DNA of 64,000 bases from Ascidiella aspersa (lineage: Eukaryota), in the NCBI GenBank assembly GCA_963924565.1, contig OZ004610.1, positions 14,446,001 through 14,510,000 of the forward strand, given 5' to 3'. Positions 40,101 to 52,100 of the stretch are shown in pieces. The notes under the pieces were generated by a model, which saw only the letters and a list, made by a program, of their open reading frames with translations, searched no databases and had not been told where the DNA came from. Every line of letters starts with the position of its first letter. The stretch's first letter is position 1. The position numbers and the translations under genes were made by a program.

Positions 40101-43100
40101 AGATGTTCACTTGATTGCACAAATAATGTAAATTAAATACAAATCACCCATTCAAAATTGCTACACAAAAGCTATGAAGTGAATAAAAAAAATTAAATAA
40201 TCACACTAAGATTGAATTAGGGAATCTGTGCTACAAATTCGGTATGATTAGTTGCTAAGTGCACCACTACAAGCAAGCGGGTTGGACAGCTCGCGCCGTT
40301 ATTTCGCCAAATAATGCCCAATCTAGGAGCGGTGCAGCTGCAAGATTTGCAAGCGCATAGTTTGCAGCCGAAAGCGCTACACTACTGATGTTCTTACAAA
40401 ATGCACTGCTGCGCAAAGTTCCGTAGCGGCCCAAAAACTCTCCTCGTTCGTGCGGCAAGTCCGGGCCCAAGTAAACTGCAGAGCAGAGAAAATTTGCTGA
40501 TAAAGCGCGCCAATTTGAATTAAATTGTAGTGCCCGTTTTATGCGAGGGTAATTTAAACAAACAATTATACGACCAAGAGTCGCCAACTCTAACAGTGCT
40601 TTCAAAAATTTATCACTAAAATTTTATTTTAAACATTTCAGGTTAAATTATATTTTAATGCATGTTTTAGGCGTGGTCAATTTAAACAAACAATTCTACG
40701 AGCAAGAATCACAAACTGTGGCGGATATTTAAAAAATGCACTTGAAATTTGTTGCTAAACTTAGAAGTAGTTTAAACAGTCGACAGGTGTAAGGAAAACA
40801 TGGATAGGCCCTTCTGTAAAGTTTCGTTGGGTTTAGGTAATTAGGCGTGTAATGAACTGGTTCGAACCCAGGAGGAACCTCATCAATCGCGTTGCACGGT
40901 TTGCCAAAAAAATTTTAAACCTAGACTTTAAAAGGGGAGTGACACAAAAAGGCAGTTCGCTGAAAAGTTGGATAGTAAACGGTGGATATGAAACAAGGCA
41001 CGAAGAACCAGCCTGTACAACGTTTGCAAGAAATGATTTGCTATTTTACAGTGTCCGCAAATTTAATGAAAAGTAATATTATTCACCTTATTTATGTTTT
41101 TACATAAACAAATAGTAATTGTAGAACATAATTTTTTGGGGGGTAAAAAAGTTGCAACAATTAGATAAGCCTACTATTTTCATACTTCAATGAGTAACTA
41201 CAAAGGATCATACTTAAAAATAAATCCAAAGGAATAGTAATTTGTTTCTTGTCCAATTCATTCAATAGCAGCAGCAAAGTTACCAACACGCCGCATTTTA
41301 AACATGGAAATCGTAATTTGTACGGCAAGACTCGACGAAAACATTGTGGATAACTGTAGCTGTTTTATCCAACGCTAGGTGTGAAAATATGTATCAGGTT
41401 ACGGGTTTGGTTTTGTTGCGCGCTGCCGAGGTGTGAAGTGATTGTTTGACAACAAAGGGGAAGACCAGGAACAAGTAGTAACCAAAAACGCTGATCGGAA
41501 AAACCTTCATGTTTTAAAAAGGTAGCGTGTCTGCCCTAAGAGCGGTGATTTTAAAGGCGACCGTTAATATATACTTACTGTAGAAATATAAACAGGTGAT
41601 TATTTTTATTTTTTGAATCTTTAAACATCAGATCAATAAAGTAGCTTCGGAATATTATTTACAGCATAAAGAAGAACATTTTCAAGAAAACTGTCATAAC
41701 TTTTCCGGGTTTCTAGATAGGCAAACTTGGAAGCTTGAATGATTGTAGCTACAATTGTCGTGACTTGTAAAAGCAACCTTCTCGTTTGTGATGCTAGCGC
41801 CACACTACAAGCCTAGGCCACGGTGTGCTGTCAAAACGGACAAACGGCCCAGCAATTACGCAACACAGGAAAAAGAGCAACCTGTGGTATTGAGACGACA
41901 AGAAAAAACAGAACCTGGCTTGTCAATCGACAGAAACAACACTAAACACAGAGTGGCAAACATACAGTGACTCGCGTCGATTAGAGTTCTAGGATAGGTC
42001 TACCGGTGGAAGCCAGAATGAGAAGGAACGGCATAATAGATAAGTTTCGTTTTAAACGTTGTTTTCAGAAAAATGTATTTATTATAAATTCAGCTACAAA
42101 TTCGCGAGCTAAAATAGATAGTGGATTCGATTTTCGTTGGCAGTGCTTGTTATATATGTTATGCAAATCGCTGGGGTAGAAGTGCACAGCGTGATCCGCT
42201 TCTGCTCTCGCATTTTTTGTGCTGTTAAAGTTTTGTTTTGTTTTCAGACAATTGCGATATAATTTTAATAACTCCTTTTTGGCCGTCGAAAAGAGGGGAG
42301 AGAGAAAGAACAAATGCCACTGCTGCGCCCACTCGCGGCGTTCCTGATCACGGCCCTTATCGGCATTCGTCTGCCGACATCGCAATCCGCCCAGACCTCG
42401 CTGTTCCTCGCCTACAACGCGTCCGACGGGAGCCTGACGGGCGTCGACAACTGCACGTGCAGCTTCCTGGACCTGGATTGTACCGTCTTACCCTTCTGCA
42501 CCTGCGTCAGTCAAACGCTTGCCGAGCTGACTGCGGCTACGGAAGCGGCGAGCACCGCCAACGCTGTAAGCTGGTGGAACACGCGCCAAGTGCTGGTCTG
42601 CTGTGAAAATGCCACCAACACCGAGCTTACGCGCAGTACGGTCGCTCAGCTGGTCGATTTCTCCTACACGCAGGACCTGTCGTTTCGCGAGTGCCACCAG
42701 CTGCTGCCCAGTGACCAGCGCGAGGTCTACACTGTGTACGGACTACGAGAGTTAAGCGCACGGACCGCGGACAACGTTGCTTTTCCGAGCAAAGCCTTCG
42801 ACCTTGAAGACCCGGACGGTGACCTGACTGACGACTCGCGCCTCTACCGCGATCACCACCTTGCCGTGGTTAGCAGGAATATAGTGGACGGAGAGCGGGA
42901 TCTAAAAGCGGTAAGCTTTATCCACGAGCAGAACGACGAAGCGTTGCCGTCCCTGGTGCAAACTGCTATTGAGAGGAGTCCGAGCTCTATTCGGTCCAAG
43001 TCCGACGGGACGTTCATGTGGACGCCTATTTATAGCGACTTGATCGTGTAAATTCCATTTTGAACGTGATTGCGTGAAGTGTCTTTCTTTTTTTAAACTT

Positions 43101-46100
43101 CAGTGTTACTTTCCCTTCCATGACAAAAACATGCCAGTGCGATATGCTTGTTTTTATGCTTTGGCGTTTGTAAGTGCTCGCATGTTCGAAATATACTGTG
43201 AATAAACGCAAATACAATGCAATAAGCCTCCTATTCAAACAATGTTAACTCTTTTCTCGCTTAGTAGTTGGTGGATGAAACCACCAAACAGAAACTATAC
43301 AGCGGCTCAAGTGATGTGCAGTGCAAACTACGAGAAAATGTCGACAATGGAATTGCCTCGCATATATCGTGCCCTGTATCAACATGTGGACATAATACGC
43401 TGTTCGCTAAGGCAAAAGCAACGCTCTTATGCCGAATACCCGGCATACCACGAATAATTGAACAACATGAAAGTTATACCGTTATAATTCTACCAATTCC
43501 CATGAGTATCTCGTATTGTTTTAACGGTAAAATAAATGGCACAAATCTTTGCATAGCGCCGATAAACTTTCAAAACTATCGTTTTCTTTTACCTACTTTT
43601 TCGCAAATAAGCCATGTGAAAATACCAAAGCTAGAAAAATATCAGAAATGTTCAGTGAATATAGATAGTGTCATATTTGTTGGGCAAAAAACAAAACAAT
43701 ACCGTCGTGTAGTGAAATGAAATAAAATCACTGAACGAAATATATATTGCAACTAACAAAGAGCGGTCAACAAACAAATGAAGCGTTTTATGAGGACTCA
43801 AGCCATAAAGCTGAAATTAGAATAATATAAACTTCGAAATAAAACTCAGTTCGGAATAAGACCAACCAAAATAAGACTAATACCTAATAGTCGTAGTAAC
43901 GCCTAAAACTAAATAAGACCTAAACTCATCAGAATAAGACCTAAATGGCCAGAGTAAGGCTCATGCAACCTTTTTACCTAACCAAGAATCTCACAACTAC
44001 AACTTCACCAATAATTCCCATGAGAATTTTAACACTAGCCCAATTTCCAACCCCACACATACCCCGTACCCCTAACTTGGATTTATTATTTTGTTGGTCT
44101 TGATGCTATGTTATGATATATTATTCTGATTTAAATATTGTTGCTTTGTATGTCTTATAGTGCGTTCCCGTTCATACTTCGGAGGTTCCCTTCCTACTCT
44201 TCGACAGTACTGATTAAGTATTGATTGTTTGTTCCCAACACACGAAAACACCGCGTGAACAAATAGGTGAGGAACGGTGCAGATTACAGGAAAATTCAGA
44301 CGGGGCTGTTTACCGACAGCCTGAAACATCACGGCTCGTTGCGCAGGGAACGTAGGTAGGTACCCCCATCAACAGGAGGTGGGGCGGTTTCAGTTGCAAT
44401 TACGGAGTTAAAGCAATGCTTAAGGGTGTGAAGCTCAGTCGTTACAGCTTTCAGTTTGCTATACTTTGTACGAGTGAGGCTCAGTGATTGTGAGCAGCAG
44501 TTCTTTAAATGCGCCGCAGGTTTTTGTTGACAAGATTTTGGAAAAGTTTTTCTCTTGAGTTATATGCAACACTATCGTCTGATACAATAAAAAAATAGAT
44601 ACGTTAGATGTAGACGTTTCAGCAAGTATTAATCAATAATATTTAGGCACTACTTTTCGAAAAAGGGTATCGACAATCTACTCGGCAGATCAGTAGTTTT
44701 GAATTATCTGAATTAGGTGTAATATTTAAGCCAAGTTTTCAAGATCAGTGTAATATTTAGGCCTATTTAAGATGAGTTTCACATGAAAGCCACAAATATT
44801 CTAATGTCAAATATTTTCGTGTCGTACTAAGCTTTTGCGTTTCTTTTATCCAGCCATATTTCATCAAAAGGAGCACATGTCAGTGGTGAAACCCTGCAAT
44901 GTAGTCGCAGCGGCGATAATGATCGCGGCTCTGCGCCTTCACGACAGCGCGTTAGTGGCGGAGGGCGCCCAGACCTCGCTGTTTTTCGCCTGGAACGACA
45001 ATCGCAGCGTTATGGGCGTGCGCAACTGCACATGCGGCGAACTGGACCTGCACTGCGCCTTCGTACCTGGCTTTTGCACATGCGTCAACATTACATTGGA
45101 CGAGGTGGCGACGGTGGCCGAACGCGCCAGGTCCAACGGGACAGTAAGCTGGTGGAACGACAGGGAAGTTGTGATCTGCTGTGAAGGAGCGCAGACTACA
45201 AACGTCCTGGAACAAGTGCTCGTGCAGCTTGTCGACTTTTCCTTCTGCGAGGAACTCAAGTTCTACGAGTGTCACAACCTTACACCGAGTGACGAGCAAG
45301 CGGCCTACGCGGTGTACGGACTTCGAGAACTAAGCGCCCGAACTGTTACGAACGTCGAGCATCCGAAAAAAGCCTTCGACCTTGAAGACCCGGATGGCGA
45401 CTTGACCGACGACTCGCGCCTCTACCGCGATCACCACGTGGCCGTGGTTAGCAGGAATATAGTGGACGGAGAGCGGGATCTAAAAGCAATTAGCTTTATC
45501 CACGAGCAGAGCGACGAAGCGTTGCCGTCTCTGGTGCAGGCTGCTATTGAGAGGAGTCCGAGCTCTATTCGGTCCAAGTCCGACGGGACGTTCATGTGGA
45601 CGCCAATTTATAGCGACCCTATACGATAGATTTTTGTTGGCTTATGGCGTACAAAACTATAGCTGTGTGGTCTTTATTTTTGCATTTTGCTTTCGACTTT
45701 ACAGTTGAAATCGTATGGTGTTGTGCAGCTGCGGCAGTGTTATGTTGCGCTAATATTAATGTTGTAAATGTATTTATTTTTATTTTCGTTGTGATGCTCG
45801 CCAATCATATCAACCAAAAACTGCATGGATAACACACGTGTACATAAAAAAAAATGTGGAATCAAGGTGGCGCAAAGACTGAAGTCTCCGTGTAAGCGCG
45901 TTTATGTATTGTATCCACATGTTGACATAATTCACTATGAGCATAAAGACGATCGATTGTTGGACGTCAAACGACGATGGCTAAGAATTAAGATATTACA
46001 TCAACAAATCTGTACAAGATTATTAAATCAAGCAAATTTGAGAGGTTAAAAAAGTTTTTCCCGTAGAATACTGCGACAGAATTTGAAACAACAATATTAT

Positions 46101-49100
46101 CACTACACTTTAATTAAAAAAATTGAACTATGCCAAAGTGACAAAAAGGAAAAATATCATAAAAACCAACATTACAAGGGTTCTAATATGGTGTTCTACT
46201 CTACTAGTAATCCACCAGGTAAGCAAAATATACAAAATATTTTAAAAGATTGCGCTTTAAATATTGAATATTTTGCGTCTCCTAAGTTCACTCGCCAAAA
46301 ACGTAAAATCAGCCAACTCTTCATTCCAAAACAAACGTATAGTTTTCCGTTAAGAGAGGCGGGACAATAGTACGTAACAAGTGGGAAACAATAACCACTG
46401 TACTTCACTTTGTTGCGAGCACGTCACCAATTGCGAGTGTAAAGCATTCGCTCGCGCGAATTCACTCGCTTAGTTGAAAAGAAGAGGTCTTCAACAGTTT
46501 CGATAGCTTGGCGCAGAGCTTCGAGCGCACACGTCCGTCCTTGTGGTGGCGGTTAATAGGTGGTCTTATTTAACAAAATCAGCAGTTTTGTACTGTTTAC
46601 TAGTCGTTATTATATAGGAGATCTGCGTTTAAAGCGGCCTTTACACATTGGAGTGGGCATCCGGACTGGCAAGGCAAGAAAAGCAAGCAGGTATATCAAA
46701 GAAGGCATGGCGCTTACAGCTGGTTTTAAGGTGGTTTGGCAGCAAGTTAGTGGCAACGAGTGTACAGTCCTTAATCAGTCTTTACACATATAGATTGTTG
46801 CCGTTCGCTGTCAGTCGAGCGCAAAGCGACAAGGGGTTGGGCCTCGAAAATTTCAACCACAGGCGCTTTAAGGCACATATAATCCAACGCGACACGACCC
46901 AACTGGCGTGAATGGCTCGATGAAGGAAAGCGGCCGTCGCGGAAGTGGATTAGTCGAGTGGTTATGGAGGTCGCGAGGTGCTTGGCGTGCAAGGGCAAGC
47001 CGGAGAGGTGACAGGGACAATGGAATCGCTGGCCTGCTGCTCGAAAGCACAAGGGCCGCCTTCATATGCCGTTTGTTTTCGACCGCAAAGCACACAGGAC
47101 GCGCTTCCACTTCGGAGGGACGATTGATCCCAAGGCAAGGCCGTCAGATATGCCCATTGCCCAGACGCATTGGCGCATCTCGCTTGAAAAGCCAGGGGTC
47201 GCGAAACGGACAGAAAGATTTGCGTTTGGTGAGAAGCCTCGGTGCAGCTTGAATAGCTAGTGATCGATATTCGAAATCAATAGGAACATGGTGTGTTTTG
47301 TTATGTGTTTTTAGTAAGGTCAAGGTCGTATGGTGCTTTTGGTTAGGAAACCAGCAGGCAAACCAGGCAAAAGCAAAGCAATCACCTTTCGGGCAAAGTT
47401 AGACAGTTTAGTATTACGTGAAACTGCATAATATTTGAGGTTATCCGGTGGTTTAGTTTTGTTTTTACATTTGAATGATGGAGTTTACAGTCCTTATAAC
47501 TACCATATCGAGAAGAGGCTAAACAACAGGTTTATTTACTTTTTGAAGTGCTAGATACAGTGATTCCCAAACTGTGTGCCGCGGCACACTAGTGTGCGTC
47601 GAAAGATTGTCAAGTGTGCCGCGACACTTTTTGTAATTTTGGAAAATAAGTTATTTGTACTGCCAATGTGCATACACGACACGTTACCATTTTCGACCTA
47701 AATACGCTCTATCCATTACAAATTACTAATATTGAGACATTTACATATAGTTTGTCGTGTGTTAAGGACAATCTTAAAACTACTCTATGTTGTTCTGTTA
47801 AGAGGGTGTCGCGAAATAGTTAATAATGTTTTAGTGTGCCGCAAGCTAAAAAAAAGTTTAAGAGCCTCTGTGTTAGAAGATGTTGGTAACGAAAAGGTAC
47901 ATTGTCTTCAAGACCAGTTGGGCCAATTTTAACAAGAAATAGTAGAAAGGTTATCATCGGCGTCTAATGTAAATATAATAAGTTATTTGCAAGACGACGA
48001 ACAACAGACGTTTCACACGACTTTCAAAACGCCAGCCTGGCCATTTTGAATGGATGTTATAGCTGGCCTTCAGGGCCGCAATCTGCTTCCAGGTGTAAAG
48101 CCCAGAACAAGTGATCCGTGGTGTCGCGAACAGACGTGTTGTTTGCTTTCGGCATTTGGGGAGCAGGGGTAGGCGGAACAGTCGCACCTACACACGTAAA
48201 CATTCGACAAAAAGCGGAACGAAGGCAGAGCGGGGAGTGGCGGCAAAATAAAAGGCCACCGTAAGGTTGCGCGGCATAGCGGCTTTACTTATATGCGACC
48301 GCGGACTGCTAAACCCAATACTCATTTTCGGGTGAGTGTGAAACAGGTGCAGGCCGTTATGGGACTGGGAGCTTTGTCAGGTCAGGAAAGTATGGTTTTG
48401 AAATAAGCTAGGCACGACACGACCGACACGTCTTAGATTTGGCGCTCGGTTTTAAAAGTAGCTTCGCTAAACTCGCTAACTGGAAGACAAATCAGTTCTG
48501 TTTCTTTAGTTGTAGTTTTGTTAGCCAAATCGGTGCAGCTCTATACGGTGTGTAACAATTTTGCAAACGTAAATACAATTTTAAAGATAACAACATTTTT
48601 TTAGAAATTTAAAGCTCAAAGAGGTACGTTAGAACCTGTATCTTACATTTACCAGGGAAGGACAGAAAATCAAATTGTTGGTAGAAAAACAGCGCTGGTC
48701 AAGACCTTAACTTTATTAATGTATTATAAAGTAGCTCAGACACAACTGCAAGGTTCTACCTTGATCCAGCAACATCAGTTTAATTCCAGTTGCAAAAAAA
48801 AATTATTTATTGATTTATTTCGGTTGCAAAATTAACATAGCATCTCTCAATATGCTTCTGTTTTAACCAGATGCAGCGAGCCGCCTGTAGGTTTTTGGCA
48901 GCGACAGAAGCGAGAAGCCCTCTTCGTCTTATCGCGCTGTGCTGTCTGTCGCTTGTCGCACATTCCGGGGTCGTCCTGCTCAGCGACACGCCGACGCTGG
49001 GTCTGGACCGCTGCACCTGTGGCGAAAACTTTACGGCAGAGGACTGCAACGCCAGGGTTGATGAGCTAAAGGTTCGCGGCTGCGAATGCACGCGCTTGAG

Positions 49101-52100
49101 CGAGGTAGAAGTCAAACAAGCTGCGGAAAACGCGAGTGCGCGCAACGCGACGACTTGGGAGGATCGGACTGGCGATACGCGCGTGTGTTGCTTCGGACTG
49201 CTAAATGCGAGCCGCCTGCTGCGAAACGCGCTCGACTTTGGCTACGTGCGCCGCTTAACGCTTGACAATTGCGGGCGGACGATCGGCGGCGGCGCGGATA
49301 GAGTGGTGACGCTCTTCGGGTTGAAGAAGTTGGCGCTTTACGAAGGCGACCGCAACCGCAGCATCGACTTCGTCGCAAACGACCTCACCGACCTCTCGGC
49401 CACTTACAGACGCCATCACGTGGCGTTCGTGGCGCCGCGGGCGGTGCAAGCGATGCGGGCGTCGCGCGGAAGGCCCTGGAAGATCTGGAGCTTCGTGGCG
49501 TCGGCCGATTGCGCGCCGCACAGCGACGTTATCAGGACTGCGCTGAACCGCGCGCCGCGAGTGATACGGTCTGGACCGAATGACACTTTCATGGCGACGA
49601 CCATTTATGTTGATAATTAATTAATTAGCGACGACGCCCGATGGGTGGGGAAACGCCGTTTTTTGTCGCTGTGGCGCGCTGGTAAGCGACACGCTTCTAC
49701 TACAGCAAAGCAATGGCAATTTGAGAAACCAGAAAGTTGAACAGGAAAAATTTGAGCAAAAAACACTAAATCAATTAATTTGTGCAAATTGCTTTTCTAT
49801 CTATCACTTGCTGCCTGTGGCCCTAACTCAAACAATTCGCCTCTAATGTTCCCGATCGGATTAGGAAACACGTCACATGCTTTACCATATTTATTTAACT
49901 GTCCGACGATTGCATTTATATGCTATAAATATAAAAAATAAAAAGTGTTAGAAAAAAAAATCGGCGCAAACCATGCTTGTATTTCGTACTGAAAAGCAGA
50001 TATAGCATTCTGTCAAATAGGTTTAGACTGAAGGTGAAGTGTTTGATAACAAAGGAGTGGCGCTGATAAATTGATCGAAGCAGCTCGGCATTAATGGCCT
50101 TGTCAAGGGTAGGGTAGGTAAAGATAGATTGTTTTTGTAGATCAAGGGGTTTACGGATGGAAGCCTGTTTCGAGGTTTGGCCGATTTTAAAATAGTTCTG
50201 CTCGGCCGATAACAAACATTTCCCACTATACACATATAGGCTTCAAGGGAATTGGACTTGACATGGTTTCCCAAATTTTGTCTAGATTTCAACAGAATGA
50301 CGCCATACCGTTGAAATCGAATAAGTCAGTAAAAGCAAATCTATACAAGTCCCATAAAGGCGGAATCTAAAAACGGGGTTCGGGCCAAGCCTATGAAAGG
50401 AATTGTGATGATTTCGGTGATTATGCAGTGTAAACAGCGCAGAATAGTCTATAATAAGGTTCATTTTCTACATTCGTTCAAACGTTCTAAACCAGGTTTC
50501 CACCCACACTGGAGGATTTGGTTTCATATCACGTTCTATAACTTTGAAACGGGAAATCAAAATCCACTGGTGAATGAAAAAAGGTTAATAACTCAACAAA
50601 TACGAATTCTAAAGGCGTATAGTTTCAACAATAATTATCTCTCTAACAGTTACGAATGGTTTACAAAGGTTTTTGGAACACAAATCACCAATATTTAGCA
50701 TAGATTTACGAACAGTATGCTGTTAGCGTTGGATGTCCAGTTATTTTACGTATGTACAACTACGATTGTATTTAGTAATAAGCACACTTTAAGAAAATAA
50801 AAAACGGGTCGTAAGGTAAAAACATCTACTCAAACTACGTTATACATGTAGAAACATGGAAAACGTGTAACGGCAATTCGCAAAAAAGAAACTTACTGGC
50901 ACTGGCGCTGTACTTGTTCCGGGGCATACGCTTACGGTTCCAGCGGTTGCTGCCGCGGCCGAAGCTGGTGAGGGTGCCCACCCCCTGCTGCTGGCGCGCC
51001 ACTCGTTGTGAGTTTAGCGCCGTCATCGACTGAGCGCTCGTTATGAACGGAGTGAAGCGACCCTCTGCAAAACACAGCAAATTTGGTGATTTTTAACATT
51101 TAACATAATTAAATAATGATCTAAATAATATTCTTCTCCATGTAGTTTTTTCATATCAAGGCGGCATCAGACTCGTAAACCCTCCCGGGTTATTCGGTGT
51201 CACCTTGCTAAAGCGCATGTTCAATTTCTCGCGAACTTTGATCAATATTACATATGAAAAATGCGTATGGCAAAATAAATACTTTGAATAGTTGAACATC
51301 GTTGGAGCGTGCTTTTTGACGTTTTCAAATGTGATAACAAAACTAGCAACCGACCAGGAGGGCTGTTAATTTTTGCACACATCAAATGTCGGAATAAAGC
51401 AAAAAGAGCTGCTTGAGTAACGTTTCTGTGCGAAGCACAATTGTCATGAGTCCGTGCACGCACTTATGTTTACTCCTAAAGTGAAAACGAAATGGACAGT
51501 AGCGCGTAAGATTTTATCGACGTTCAAATATTTGCTGTCTAGCCTTATCGCGCGGTATATTAGAAAAATTTGTTATCCACAATACAAAAAAATGGTAAAT
51601 GCGCGAACTATAGTTGCAATTCTATGACGTACTTTTTATTTAAACAAGTTTAACAACATGTTCCGAAAACAGTTTTATTGTTTAAATATATAAGACAAAG
51701 CCTATAAGAGCGAGAGAATATTTTCGTTAAATGTACAACAATTATTGCTAGAAATGTTTTGTTTACATTTAGGAAAAAAATGTTTAATATAGAAATTGGT
51801 TTGTAATGGTGCAGAAGATAATAATACTGTCGTTACTTGTCGTACAATTTACAGGCTTACATTCTACAAATAACTAAAAAAAATCTGGAGTCGATTTTTT
51901 TGGCCTTTTGAGATTTTTTTTTGTAATGTTGGTTATTGTTGCATCTAATCTTTTACCACGTACGCAAAGTGCCCAAATTATCAAAGGCAAAAGTGCCTAA
52001 ATAGCCTGTCTCCGCGAAAAGACCGTTTTGGTTCTTTACTTTTTTGTCTGCTGCTGACGTCAATATCAAGAGAGGCGTCGTGTGGCGGACAAGCGTAGCG

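Noticed and set aside
43242-43720. ORFs of 71 and 150 aa downstream of paralog A
   Set aside because: AT-rich, no recognisable domain; the similarity to 45825-46049 is limited to a short DNA motif.
44835-44876. ORF-track N-terminal extension of paralog B
   Set aside because: It starts at TTG within a polypyrimidine tract and acceptor. ATG 44877 gives a signal peptide and a length matching the paralogs.
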